Shown here: piece after piece, positions 1-12,927 of the stretch
Numbering within the stretch: position 1 is the stretch's first letter
Layout: each line of letters opens with the position of its first letter
Assembly (NCBI RefSeq): GCF_006345805.1
Contig: NC_042997.1
Coordinates: forward strand, 24,056,001 to 24,120,000
Reading direction: 5' to 3'
Origin: Octopus sinensis
Lineage: Eukaryota
Length of the DNA: 64,000 bases
Position numbers and translations under genes: made by a program
Notes under the pieces: model-generated
The model's input: only the letters and a program-made list of their open reading frames with translations
Databases searched by the model: none
Told to the model about the DNA's origin: nothing

Positions 1-127
1 CAATCCGCAGCTGGTACTTAATTTATCGACCCCGAAAGAATGAAAGGCAAAGTCGACCTCGGCGGAATTGAACTCAGAATGTAAAGACAGACGAAATACT
101 GCTAAGTATTTCGTCCAGCGTGCTAGG
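1..127 (-). mobile_element. SINE family A (tRNA-like head + body), partial copy cut by window edge
   Basis: Reverse complement of the body GAGTTCAATTCCGCCGAGGTCGACTTTGCCTTTCATTCTTTCGGGGTCGATAAATTAAGTACCAG shared with the copies at 7480 and 12701. Confidence 0.85.
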
Positions 128-189
128 GTGTAGTGCTAGTAGTGAGAAAGATGTCCAGATTTCTTTTAAAATTATTGTGCAAGATATTC

Positions 190-976
190 TTTTCTTTTCT
201 ACTCTAGGCACAAGGCTCGAAATTTGGGGGAAGGGTGGGGGCAGTCGATTAGATCGACCCCAGTTGCATACTAGTACACAATTTATCGACCCAGAAAAGA
301 CGAAAGGCAAAGTCGACCTCGGCGGAAATTGAATTCAGAACGTGAAGGCAGACGAAATACCTCTTTCTATTTCTTTACTACCCACAAGGGGCTAAACACA
401 GAAGGGACAAACAAGGACAGATAAACGGATTAAGTCGATTATATCGACCACAGTGCGTGACTGGTTCTTATTTAATCGACCTCGAAAGGATGAAAGGCAA
501 AGTCGACCTCGGCGGAAATTGAATTCAGAACGTGAAGGCAGACGAAATACCTCATTCTATTTCTTTACTACCCACAAGGGGCTAAACACAGAAGGGACAA
601 ACAAGGACAGATAAACGGATTAAGTCGATTATATCGACCACAGTGCGTGACTGGTTCTTATTTAATCGACCTCGAAAGGATGAAAGGCAAGTCGACCTCG
701 GCGAAATTGAATTCAGAACGTGAAGGCAGACGAAATACCTCATTCTATTTCTTTACTACCCACAAGGGGCTAAACACAGAAGGGACAAACAAGGACAGAT
801 AAACGGATTAAGTCGATTATATCGACCACAGTGCGTGACTGGTTCTTATTTAATCGACCTCGAAAGGATGAAAGGCAAAGTCGACCTCGGCGGAATTTGA
901 ACTCAGAACGTAACGGCAGACGAAATACGGCTACGGATTTCGCCCGGCGCACTAACGGTTCTGCCAGCTCACCGCC
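190..976 (-). mobile_element. SINE family A multimer: one head + four bodies (~189-bp period)
   Basis: Unit start CTATTTCTTTACTACCCAC at 367, 557 and 745. Single A-box head at ~930-976. Units share private variants (GACCACAGT, GTGACTGGTTCTT). Confidence 0.9.
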
Positions 977-1586
977 TTATTGTGCAAACTATATTTTGAG
1001 AAAAAGTTGTTTTCTTTTTTCACCACAAACACACACACACACAGGTGTCTCTGTGGTAACTTGCGCTACTGCAAATCGCAGACAAATCTTTCTTTAAACA
1101 CACCCTTTCATAAAAAGAATGATAGAGAGGACAGTCGATTACATTCACTCCAATACTCATTTGGTACTCATTATATCGTCCCCAAGAGAATGGATTTGAA
1201 TTTAAACTCAGAATCTAAGAACAGACGAAATGCCACTAAATATTTTCCCCGGCGTGTTAACGATTCTGTCAGGCCGTTGCCTTACGTTGAATTTTAAAAT
1301 AAACATACTTTTATACAGACATGGACTTAAAATACAGTTGAGTTGTTACAAAACATTTAGCATTATTGCTTGTCGAGATTCTGCGAATTTGGCATTTATA
1401 AGGAGGTAAGAAATTATAGGTAATTTATTTTAAATCTATATCTTGGTTGCAAATAGATAGCTAAATATTAAAATGGAAAGGGAAGGTGCGGATCGATTAT
1501 AAAGCGCGGAAAATATATATCTAGATTATTTTGAAATAAATCGCCTAAAGGCTTTGTACTTTTAAAGCAGAAACGAAAATAATGAT

Positions 1587-1710
1587 CATTATTTACATTA
1601 TTTACATTCGACGGATATTTGTGCTCATCTTGTTTGTTGTTAACACAACGTTTCGGCTGATATACCCTCCAGGCTTCTTCAGGTGTCATGGAGAAATTTC
1701 GAACCTTGGG
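1587..1710 (-). mobile_element. Hammerhead-bearing repeat H1, inverted partial copy
   Basis: Reverse complement of the 3220-3410 and 41640-41825 copies. Contains the HHR motif at 1642-1687. Confidence 0.85.
1642..1687 (-). ncRNA. Minimal type I hammerhead ribozyme motif (family H1)
   Basis: Minus strand reads GACAC-CTGAAGA-A-GCCTG-GAGGGTATAT-CAGCC-GAA-ACGT-T-GTGTT. Stem I GACAC/GTGTT, palindromic ACGT stem III, GUU cleavage triplet. One C:C mismatch in stem II. Confidence 0.7.
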
Positions 1711-1714
1711 CATA

Positions 1715-2447
<733 letters not shown>

Positions 2448-2494
2448 AATAATAATAATAATAATAATAACAATAATAATTTATTTTTTCTTCA

Positions 2495-2885
2495 GATCAT
2501 GAAGAAAAAAAATGCTTTCTAATTGAAGTATCAATACCGGCAGATGACAACGTGTCTCTAAAAGAAATGGAGAAACTCTCAAAATACAAAGACCTGGAAA
2601 TAGAGGTAACCAGAATGTGGAATCTGAAAACAGAAACAATTCCTATCATAGTAGGTGCATTAGGCATGATAAAAAAATATTCAGACAAATACATAACAAA
2701 AACACCAGGACTTACAAACACATATAACATACAGAAAATTGCACTACTAGGCACTGCACACATCCTACGCAGAACACTTTCCATACAATAACCATCAGAG
2801 CATCACAACAAATCACAACACTTACCCAAGGCACACAGAGCTGCGCTCGGTAGTGAAGTGAAAGCACACTATAAAAATAAAACTA

Positions 2886-2889
<4 letters not shown>
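2495..2889 (+). mobile_element. R4/Dong-like non-LTR retrotransposon, 3' fragment (restriction-like endonuclease C-terminus + 3' UTR)
   Basis: Frame 2495-2791 reads DHEEKKCFLIEVSIPADDNVSLKEMEKLSKYKDLEIEVTRMWNLKTETIPIIVGALG...QKIALLGTAHILRRTL, typical of the RLE domain. Flanked by (AAT)n on both sides. Confidence 0.85.
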
Positions 2890-2950
<61 letters not shown>

Positions 2951-3175
2951 GTCGATGTGAGAACTGTTGCTGCTCATGTATTTTAATTTAACTTAAAAAA
3001 AAAAATTAAAAAAATGAACGAACTACTGAGTTTGGCTTAATGGCCTACCAATGTATACTATGAGTTTCTTTGCCCTAGGAGTCGGGAAGACACTCGGCAA
3101 GAAATGGAAGCAAATTTGAAAGAAGAAGAAGAAAAAGTAATAATAAAAAAAAAAATAATAATAATAATAATAATA

Positions 3176-3217
<42 letters not shown>

Positions 3218-3221
<4 letters not shown>

Positions 3222-3410
3222 CAAAAACATCGAAAAATACCTTAGGAATGAGAACCCAGGTTCGAAATTTCCCGAAGACACCTGAAGAAGGCTGGAGGGT
3301 ATAATCAGCCTAAACGTTGTGTTAACAACAAACAAGATGAGGACAAATATCCGTCGAATATAAATAATGTAAATAATGTACATAATTCCTCATCTCTTAA
3401 ATATAGAACT
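3218..3410 (+). mobile_element. Hammerhead-bearing repeat H1, forward copy
   Basis: Follows (AAT)n. HHR at 3277-3323 reads GACAC-CTGAAGA-A-GGCTG...CAGCC-TAAACGTT-GTGTT, with G12 mutated to T. Confidence 0.85.
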
Positions 3411-3534
3411 GAAAACAATGATATTCGCCTGCCGAATGTCTCAGATTATTATTTAAATCTTACAAATTTTCTCATACACCCAAGATACAAAAATTAAAAA
3501 TTTGATTTTAAGGTTCTCAATAGTCTTTAATTTT

Positions 3535-3740
3535 CTCATTTAAACACAAAGCCATCAATTTCAAGGTAGGATTAAGTGGATCACATCGATCTCAGTGCTT
3601 AACTGGCATTTAGATTATCGTCCCTGAAAGAATGAAGGCAAAGTAGACCCCCGGTGGAAAGTGAACTCAGAACGTTAACACGGGAGAAACACTCCTAAGG
3701 ATTTTGCTGGCCGTGCTAAAGACTCTGCCGGCTCGCCTCT
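3535..3740 (-). mobile_element. SINE family A, diverged copy
   Basis: Degenerate match to family A body and head (GAACTCAGAACGT...CTGCCGGCTCGCC). Confidence 0.7.
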
Positions 3741-3862
3741 TTATTTCCCCCATTTAATTTTGGTTTCACATTTTGGCACAAGGTCAGTAATTTCGAGGGA
3801 GGGGTAAGGCGATTAGTACTCAACTCCACCTCTCTGTCTCTGTCTCTGTCTCTGCCTGTCTC

Positions 3863-3933
<71 letters not shown>

Positions 3934-3937
<4 letters not shown>

Positions 3938-4432
3938 CTCATCAACTTCTTCAAGTACCACTTGAAAAGGAAAGTGAGAGTAGAGAGGCAAGTTTTGTCT
4001 AGCGAATGTTTTAAAAAAAGATGGGTGAATGTAGCAAGAATGGCACGTATGAATGACGAAGCCACCTTGAGCATGATCCTATGAACCCAGAAATTGAAAA
4101 CAGAGAGTTGCTTATTTGCAAAAAAAAAAAAGAAATATAACATGTGACTCCATTGACCGAGGTTACCGTGGTCTTTTCCGTAGGCTTTTCTTTCCACGGG
4201 TAAACCTCACCTGTCCTCCCCTTTACACTTCATATTGACATTTCTGTCAATTGATCAAATTTTTTTTTTTTTTTAACCCCCTTTTTTTTGTCCTCTTTCT
4301 CTCCTTTTACGATCCCTTTTGATCGAAACTCCCCCTGCCTTTTTTTCTTTTTTTTTTAAACCTTCAAAAGAAAAGCTCTACCTTGTAATTTGTTCTATCT
4401 GTGTGCAGCCCTGTGTGGCTAATAAAGAAACA

Positions 4433-4433
<1 letters not shown>
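3934..4433 (+). mobile_element. Tx1-like (L1 clade) LINE 3' end, copy 1
   Basis: Near-identical to 5205-5734. Ends CCCTGTGTGGCTAATAAAGAAACAT followed by (ATCT)n, and is preceded by (ATCT)n. Confidence 0.8.
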
Positions 4434-4476
<43 letters not shown>

Positions 4477-4492
4477 CATCTATCTATCTATC

Positions 4493-4743
4493 TTTTTTCT
4501 TCTTTTTTCAATTCTCTTTTCTTTTGTTCCTTTTCCTTTTCTTCTTTTTTTATTTTTATTTTTATTTTTTATTTTATTTTTTTTTTGTTCTTTTCTTCCC
4601 TTTTACGATCCCTCTTGATCGAAAACCTACGCCACCCCTTTTTTTGTTTCTTTTGTTTTTTGTTTTTTTCATCCCCCAAAAGAAAAGCTCTACCTTGTAA
4701 CTTGTCCCATCTGTGTGCAGCCCTGTGTGGCCAATAAAGAAAC

Positions 4744-4744
<1 letters not shown>
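4493..4744 (+). mobile_element. Tx1-like LINE 3' UTR, copy 2 (short)
   Basis: TACGATCCCTCTTGATCGAAA...GCCCTGTGTGGCCAATAAAGAAAC between two (ATCT)n runs. Confidence 0.75.
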
Positions 4745-4811
<67 letters not shown>

Positions 4812-4818
4812 ATCTATC

Positions 4819-5733
4819 TCGGCCCGGGACCTATGGACAACTTCCAGAGATCCCTGGCCTGGCGGTGCTACCGAGAAGCGCTACCCGTTCGGGATAAGCT
4901 CTATAGGCATGGCTCGAGAAACACGGGGCCGACCGCCCGAGATGCGGGCAGAGCGACGAAACCGCTCTGCACGCAATCGTGCAGTGTCCAGCAATTCCGA
5001 CCTGTGGGCTTATGTCGAACGACTGCTGTCACGTGTGGGACGTGTGTCGGTTTATCAGCCGAGTCTATCGTTAATATCGTCACGCCTCCTTCCTTCAAAC
5101 GGGAAGGAAGAGCTATTTTTATCATACTTGTGGCTATGGCGAAAAAGAATGTATCTGGTGGACGCGCCTGAAAGGATTAGAGACAAACACTTTCCTCTCT
5201 GGTCAATCTCTCATCAACTTCTTCAAGTATCACTTGAAGAGGAAAGTGAGAGTAGAGAGGCAAGTTTTGTCTAGTGAATGTTTTAAAAAAAGATGGGGAA
5301 TGTAGCAAGGATGGCACGTATGAATGACGAAGCCACCTTGACTATGATTCTATGAACCGTAAAAATTAATACAGAGAGTTGCTTATTTGCAAAAAAAAAA
5401 GAAATATAACATGTGACTTCATTGACCGAGGTTACCGTGGTCTTTTCCGTAGGCTTTTCTTTCCACGGGTAAACCTCACCTGTTCTCCCCCTTTACATTT
5501 CATATTGACATTTCTGTGATAACGATCCCTATTGATCAATTTTTTTGCTCTCCCCCCACCTTTGTTTTTTTTTTTTTCTTATTAACCCCTCCCTTTTTTT
5601 TGTCCTCTTTCTTTCCTCTTACGATCCCTTTTGATCGAAAACCACCACTCCCTTTTTTTTACCCCCAAAAGAAAAGGTCTACCTTGTAATTTGTTCTATC
5701 TGTGTGCAGCCCTGTGTGGCTAATAAAGAAACA

Positions 5734-5734
<1 letters not shown>
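4819..5734 (+). mobile_element. Tx1-like LINE 3' fragment with frameshifted zf-RVT-like domain, copy 3
   Basis: Spliced across frameshifts it reads LAWRCYREALPVRDKLYRHG...CPRCG...ET..H....C...SDLWAYVERLLSR, a zinc-knuckle pattern of L1/Tx1 ORF2 C-termini. 3' end runs into (ATCT)n. Confidence 0.8.
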
Positions 5735-5815
<81 letters not shown>

Positions 5816-5821
5816 GCTACA

Positions 5822-5905
<84 letters not shown>
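5735..5905 (+). repeat. (ATCT)n microsatellite
   Basis: Long near-perfect run. Others at 3866-3936, 4434-4492, 4745-4818, 25430-25490 and 49925-50025. Confidence 0.98.
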
Positions 5906-5906
<1 letters not shown>

Positions 5907-6084
5907 CTCTGGGAATTTCATTATATTATATCCTTTCTCTTCGTTTCGTTAACAACCTGTCCCATTCCTCTTTCTCGTGACTCGCTAAACAGCTTTTGTT
6001 TTGTTTTCTCTATATAACTGTTTCTATCAGTTCGCACACACATTTTCACACACACATACATGCACACACGCATGCACACACACA

Positions 6085-6570
6085 CACACATTCGAATAGA
6101 TTCGCGCGTACACACATGCATACACTGAGACAGATACACACTTTGCAAACACAAATTCTAAACACATACCCGCACACACGCATACACATACACACATTCA
6201 AATAGATTCGCGCTTACAAACATGCACACACTCAGACAGATACACACTTTGCAAACACAAAATCTAAACACACACAAACATTCTTATACATTTGCAAACA
6301 AAAAAATCCAAACACATACACGGACACACACAAATGCGCGCGCGCACACACACACACACACACATATTCAAATAGATTCGCGCGTACACACATTCATACA
6401 CTCACACAGATACACACTTTCAAACAGAAACTCCAAATCCATACACACACGCACACACACACACATGCACGCACACACAAATTCAAATAGATTCGCGCGT
6501 ACACATATGTATCAAACAGATACACACTTCGCATACACAAAATCTAAACGCACACAAACATTCGTACAAC
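6085..6570 (+). repeat. CA-rich minisatellite, 4 units of ~105-170 bp
   Basis: Anchor ATTCRAATAGATTCGCGC(G/T)TAC recurs near 6090, 6195, 6365 and 6481, each followed by CAGATACACACTT. Confidence 0.85.
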
Positions 6571-7114
6571 CATAAGAGTTACTAAGAGTACATGATGCCT
6601 CGTATAAATTTGGTGAAGACTGACTATCCCGTTGCGTACTTTGTGTACTTTCAATAATTTATGTTATACATTCGTCAGTGAATATGATACGCTGCTCAAC
6701 ATTTTGTAACAAAAAGAAAAGAAAACAGACTAAGATAGTTGAGTGATGATGGAATTTCATTTGACAACCCTAACACTTAAGTGGAACTGGAAAATGATCT
6801 TGTTAAAATATCACCAATGTCAGAATGTGCTTCACAAAGCATGTACTATGCATTCTCTAGCTAACAGTTTGCAACAAGGAAACCTATGCTAGGTCGCCCA
6901 ATATGCTTGAAATAACAACTGATTTTCCGCAAATCATATTTTATAGGCTTAGAAAACCACACATTGGAAAATGTAGTCCTGAGTTCGTTGGACCATGGAA
7001 ATACGATAAGATGGTCATGAAATTACGTTTTATGCCTTCCGATACGTATTTACCATTGGACCAACATTTCCTGTATTGCTGATTTTGCATTCAGGCCTTC
7101 TCATTCTTACGCTT

Positions 7115-7278
7115 TAACTCTTCTACTTCTTTCAGTCATTTGACTGTGGCCACGCTGCAGCACCGCTTTCAGTCGAGCAAATCGACCCCAGGACTTATTC
7201 TTTGTGAGCCTAGTACTTATTCTATCCGTCCCTTTCGCCGAACCGCTAAGTTACGGGGACGTAAACACACCAGCATCC
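7115..7278 (-). mobile_element. SINE family B, 3' tail fragment
   Basis: Reverse complement of ...CGGTTCGGCGAAAGG...AGAATAAGTACTAGGCTCACAAAGAATAAGTCCTGGGGTCGATTTGCTCGACT...CAGTCAAATGACTG. Confidence 0.8.
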
Positions 7279-7479
7279 GTCGCAAATATCAATAAGGACC
7301 CTACCAAGATCTTCATTTCATTTTAACTACGACGATTTTACGATATTCTCAAATGCTAGAACTGATAGATAACTTGCTATGCGCTTTGAAAGCGGCAACT
7401 CCTTTCAGAAATTTCGTTAGCTCGCTTGGAAAAATCGTAATGTTAAAATAAGAATAAGTTATCCCATTATTGATGTGAG

Positions 7480-8066
7480 GGCAGCGAGCTGGCAGAAACG
7501 TTAGCACGCTGGACAAATGCTTGGCGGTATTTCGTCTGCCGTTACGTTCTGAGTTCAAATTCCGCCGAGGTCGACTTTGCCTTTCATCCTTTCGGGGTCG
7601 ATAAATTAAGTACCAGTTACACACTGGGGTCGATGTAATCGACTTAATACCTATGTCTGTCCTGGTTTGTCCCCTCTGTGTTTAGCCCCTTGTGGGTAAT
7701 AAAGAAATAGAAATAGGTATTTCGTCTGCCGTTACGTTCTGAGTTCAAATTCCGCCGAAGTCGACTTTGCCTTTCATCCTTTCGGCGTCGATTAAATAAG
7801 TACCAGTTACGCACTGGGGTCGATATAATTGACTTAATCTGTTTGTCTGTCCTTGTTTGTCCTCTCTGTGTTTAGCCCCTTGCGTGTAGTAAAGAAATAG
7901 GTATTTCGTCCGTTGCTACGTTCTGAGTTCAAATTCCGCCGAAGTCGACTTTGCCTTTCATCCTTTCGGCGTCGATTAAATAAGTACCAGTTACGCATTG
8001 GGGTCTATGTAACCGACTTAATCCTCTCCCCGAAGCTGCTCTTGTGGCAAAAATTTCAAATCGTTA
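7480..8066 (+). mobile_element. SINE family A trimer (head-body-tail1, body-tail1, body-tail2)
   Basis: Head GGCAGCGAGCTGGCAGAAACGTTAGC; B box GAGTTCAAATTCC in each unit; junctions AAAGAAATAG|GTATTTCGTC. Confidence 0.9.
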
Positions 8067-8449
8067 TTGTATTGATGTTTACCGTAGATTTTATATAGGA
8101 ATTATCGAGGTATATTTGGCACACATGTAAAATTTCATTGAATGACACGACCCTGTATTATGATACCCACGAAATGCATAAGAAACTCTGAAAAAGGTTG
8201 GAACTGTTGACCACAATCCTCCCTCAAAGACTGCATCTTCTGCAATGTGCCATGATCACGTGGTCGTGTAATTAGCATTAGCCCTTAGCTGATTTATTTA
8301 TATATCATAAATGGATGACGGACAAAGTTGTCCACGACAGGATTTGAACACAAATTAAAGAACTGAAAATTAATAATGCAAACTAATTTGTATCTCCAGA
8401 CTACTGACCATGCTGCAAAAGCCGTCGACCTAACCTGAACATTACATGC

Positions 8450-8462
8450 GTTTATATATGTG

Positions 8463-8530
<68 letters not shown>

Positions 8531-8715
8531 GTATATATGTATATATGTATGTATGTATGTATGTATGTTATGTATGTATGTATGTATGTATGTATTGTAT
8601 ATGTTGTATATATGTATTATATATATATATGTATTTATATAATATATAAATATATATATATATATATTATTATATATATATTATATATATATATATATAA
8701 TTATTATATATATAT

Positions 8716-8771
<56 letters not shown>

Positions 8772-8790
8772 GTGTGTGTGTGACTGTGTA
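8450..8790. repeat. (TA)n/(TATG)n compound microsatellite
   Basis: Direct reading. Many similar tracts elsewhere (e.g. 22310-22460, 33100-33370, 36845-37135, 51240-51370, 55565-55625). Confidence 0.97.
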
Positions 8791-9529
8791 TTTGCTTCAG
8801 TCCCATTTCCATTCATATAGATATATGTAAGTAACTATGTATGTAAGAACGTACATGCCAACAATGTTAAGAATTACAGAACATCGATGCACATATGGTA
8901 AATATTTTCCGCTTACAACAGTAAGAAAACATCCATAACATGAACTGATTTCAAAACAAATGGTCTCCTAAATAGTAATATAACGAGTAGCAGGAACTAA
9001 TTAATCTCATCTTTTGTCGCTTGTCTTCTGTTTGTCTTCCTGCATCTTTGATAGATTATGTCCTTGCCGACATTATCACTGTAAAGAGGTATATCATTAA
9101 GTAAGGTTCCGGTTTTAACGCATCTCTACGAGATATTGCGAAACATTAGGCAATATTGCTACATAAACATTTATAAACTGTGGCAAAGCGTTCAGAAAAT
9201 AGGTTTGAAGCTAAATAGTTCCGTACTCGATCTACGAGCGCGGTCTATTGTTGAAGCGTCTTCTGTTATAGTATGGTTTGTGATTGAGTTATTTTAGAAT
9301 TTTGTTGCTGGAAAACATAAATGTGCAAAAGCATTTCTTTAACATACATCCATAAACACACACACACACATACACACACTTATAAATACAGATAAGTATG
9401 TTTAGAGTTTATGCATGTAACCATACACACACACAACACACACACACACACACACATATATGTGGTGTGTGTGTGTGTGTGTGTGTGTTAGTGTGTATAT
9501 ATTTCCGTGCATGTGTGCATGTGTCTTTA

Positions 9530-9600
<71 letters not shown>

Positions 9601-9605
<5 letters not shown>

Positions 9606-9872
9606 GAGATAGGGGTTGTAAATGCAACCCTCGATGGGATAACATATATCCATTGCTTATATTTATATTCTCTTTTATATATATTCTACTTATTATACAA
9701 CATTACTCTTTTATGTACACTTTTTTATGTACTTTCCTTTATGTACACCGATTTGTTCTGCTTTTTATTTAACCCTACAGTCTCTTATGTGGTGGTTTAA
9801 TAAAGTATGTGATTGAGTATTATCTGATAATTGATATTTGATTTAGATGTATTTCTCCATTTTCTATCTTGT
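9601..9872. mobile_element. (TA)n-associated repeat, internally inverted relative to the 33847-34241 copy
   Basis: 9655-9872 matches 33847-34070 directly; 9601-9652 matches 34190-34241 in reverse complement. Confidence 0.8.
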
Positions 9873-9885
9873 ATATATATATATA

Positions 9886-9956
<71 letters not shown>

Positions 9957-9964
9957 ATTATTTA

Positions 9965-10168
9965 TAGGGAGAGTTTAGAAAAAAAAAAAAAAAACGAAAG
10001 ACAGTGGTGTACAAAACAAACGATGTATTAGTATAACGCTCAGGAATAAAAAAGTCTTTTTCGTTTCGAGCCTACGCTCTTCTACAGAAACGGACACAGA
10101 AAAAAAAAAACAAAGAGAGAAACAAGGAGAGAAAAAAATGTGTGTAGTAGCTAACGATCTATCATGGC
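9965..10168 (-). mobile_element. Hammerhead-like repeat family H2
   Basis: Reverse complement of the 48092-48298 copy. Motif CTGTAGA-A-GAGC-GTAG-GCTC-GAAACG at ~10055-10092. 3' end abuts (TA)n. Confidence 0.8.
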
Positions 10169-10194
10169 ATATATGTGCGTGTGTACGAGGTTAA

Positions 10195-10470
10195 GTCCAT
10201 AAACTTGCTTATTTCATCGGAGGAGTAAGGGTTTTGGCTGCTCGCACAGCCATTTATGCATCGCTTCCTGCACCTTTTCGTCTGTAGCCAATCGAGGAGC
10301 TTGTAAATAACCGTTTGAACAGTTCAAAGAGCTGATAGTTGAAAAGGACGAGATTCAGACTGAATGCAAACTGTTGCAGCAATTCGATATCCAAATTTTC
10401 AATGCTTTCAACTGTGAATAGCCGTATGTGGTGTTCATTACCGTGGAACGATAATGGTCTCTTTGATAAT
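10195..10470 (-). pseudogene. Mariner transposase C-terminal relic
   Basis: Minus-strand translation HGNEHHIRLFTVESIENLDIELLQQFAFSLNLVLFNYQLFELFK...[fs]TDEKVQEAMHKWLCEQPK resembles the HDNARPH...YSPDLAPSDYHLF...V..AV..WL..QPK pattern. Confidence 0.65.
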
Positions 10471-10654
10471 AGACCTCAGCGTTTGGTGCCTTTTAGTTAT
10501 TATTATTATAGAGAGGTTATATGTGTGTATGCTCACAAATGTCCCTGAGCGATTCGCGACTTGGAATACAATTGTCGTTGCTCAGCCGTAGACCAGACTT
10601 TACCAAGTAGATGCACAGTTTAAAGACATTCCAGCTGTTTCGTCTTATTCATTA

Positions 10655-11051
10655 CTATCAGTATCGCCCGGCGTTGCCCGAGTTGGTAAGGGAAATAACT
10701 ATATAAGCATTTTTAGAGATGTAAAGTATAATAGCCATCTCAATATGGCAAACCACAAAAGGAGAGGGGTTACAGTAGCTTTTTACGTTCTGAGATTTAA
10801 TAATACATTTTAGAGAGTTACGTCCCTTATATAATAATAGCAAAAAATGCATTAAAAATGGGAAAAATGATGGTAATTTTTTTTTTAAATCGTAGACTCA
10901 TCGTAGACGCGCACTAATACCCAGAAGGGCTCGATATGAATCGCAACTATAAGATACCCGCTTTTGGTTACACTGCACCGCAAAATGTGGGAGTAGTTAG
11001 GAATCTAAATCGTAGGAGACAGACACACAACTTCACTTTTATATATAAAGA
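10655..11051 (-). mobile_element. Non-autonomous Helitron, copy 1
   Basis: Minus strand starts A|TCTTTATATATAAAAG and ends with hairpin CTCGGGC-AAC-GCCGGG then GATACTGATAG|T (mutated CTAG). Confidence 0.85.
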
Positions 11052-11874
11052 TGTAATTATATCTTTGTTGCCCAATGTTCTAACCGTTCTTGAAGGAATT
11101 AGGATGTCATTTCAGCGAGATTTGTTTATTCCCACTAATCCAGAGAAACTACATAAAAAATTCTCTGGTTGCTTTCGAATTATGTGTCTTCTGTTAGTCT
11201 CTTGTCGTCTATTCCTACGTCAGCCTTGCTTAAAAAATACCCCTTTTTAAATAGAGGAATAAGTGATTTGAGGAAAAGTTGACTGCCCTTTTCACCAACC
11301 AGCTCGAATGTCCATACATAGTTCCTTTATTGCAATAGTTCCTTTATTGCTTGTCTCTAGAAATATTTCCTTAAAATGGTAAATTGTTTTAGAATAGAAA
11401 TACACTAAAGAAATCGAAAGCATTTTGGATTACCTGTCATATATCTTGCAATTTTTAAGTCTACCATATTTTGCAAATGGCATAAATATCATAAATTTCT
11501 ATTTTAGAATTTTATAACTTTTGGCTTTTGTGTTCTCTTATTTTTATTTTTAGTCAAGGATATCCTTGTGCAAACCTAGAATTCTAGTCATATGTATTCT
11601 ATCGCCTTTTCGAATGGCGCTTTCCCTTGTATCATCAAAATTGCGTTCTTCCATTTTTAAGACGGTAGAACGTGGTTGAAGGGGAATATAGTCCCTTTTA
11701 CTTGTAGGTCGAGCAACCACGTAAAGGCTACCTTGTTGTTTTGTTATTGTCACTGAACGATAATTAAATGCAACAATACTCTGTATGTTATCCACCTCGT
11801 CTAAACTAATATAAGACGATAGGGCGTAGTTTGAAGGGATTTCGTTGCTATTTCTTGTAGATACCACGACTGAA

Positions 11875-12270
11875 TATTCTTTTCTACTCTAGGCACAAGA
11901 CCCGTAATTTTGGAGGATGGGGACAGATAATTGACCCCAGTACACAACTGGTACATAATTTATCGACCCCGAAATGATGAAAGGCAAAGTCGACCTTGGC
12001 AGAATTTGAACTCAGAACCTAAAAGACAGAGGAAATACCTATTTCTTTACTACCCACAAGGGGCTAAACACAGAGGGTCAAACAAGGACAGACAAACGGA
12101 TTAAGTCGATTATATCGACTCCAGTGCGTAACTGGTACTTAATTTATCGACCCCGAAAGGATGAAATGCAAAGTCGACCTCGGCGGAATTTGAACTCAGA
12201 ACGTAAAGACGGACGAAATACTGCTATGCATTTCGCCCAGCGTGCTAACATTTCTATCAGCTCGCCGCTT
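11875..12270 (-). mobile_element. SINE family A dimer (head-body-tail1-body-tail2)
   Basis: Two bodies; junction identical to the other multimers. Confidence 0.88.
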
Positions 12271-12700
12271 GACCACGATTAACTATTGGCTCACATATTA
12301 ATTCTTGTGTACTAAATCCTCAAGATTTTCGGTTTTCTTCTTTCCATTATATTAGACCTAATATAAATTTTCGATTTTTCCCTAAATATTTATACCGCTG
12401 CAAACTACTGTGTTCTTCGGGATATGATTTTTATTTATATGATGTAGATATTAAATATGAACGAGTCAACTTTGGAATAAGATCAGGAAACGTTCTCATT
12501 TAATTTTAATGTTTATACAGTGGAGAAAGGAATTGATGTAACAACTTACAAACTATTCTTACTTCATTCTTGAAAAATAAAAAAACTCCTTTATCGTGTC
12601 AGCGAAACAAATGATCTGAACAGAAGAGGTTATCTTGTGAGTCACAGATCCCCAATACTAACAAAAAAGAAATAAGAAGGTGGTATGTTCATACTTTTAA

Positions 12701-12927
12701 GGCGGCGAACTGGCAGAATCGTTAGTACGCCGGGCGAAATGCTTAGCGGTATTTCGTCTGCCGCTACGTTCTGAGTTCAAATTCCGCCGAGGTCGACTTT
12801 GCCTTTTATCCTTTCGGGGTCGATAAAATAAGTACCAGTTACTGGGGTCGATATAATCGACTTAATCCGTTTGTCTGTCCTTGTTTGTCCTCTCTGTGTT
12901 TAGGCCCTTGTGGGTAGTAAAGAAATA
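12701..12927 (+). mobile_element. SINE family A monomer with 17-bp target site duplication
   Basis: GGTATGTTCATACTTTT at 12682-12698 and 12928-12944 flanks a full head-body-tail1 copy. Confidence 0.92.

Noticed and set aside
2480-2500. Splice-acceptor-like TTATTTTTTCTTCAG before the Dong fragment (exonisation)
   Set aside because: Common by chance in AT-rich DNA; no downstream donor or transcript evidence.
9055-9088. Possible 34-nt exon (polypyrimidine-AG ... AG|GTATAT; YVLADIITVK)
   Set aside because: Weak donor, no partner exons, no recognisable protein.
11550-11867. 105-aa minus-strand ORF / acceptor-like site at 11553
   Set aside because: No domain similarity recognised; plus-strand frames close quickly.
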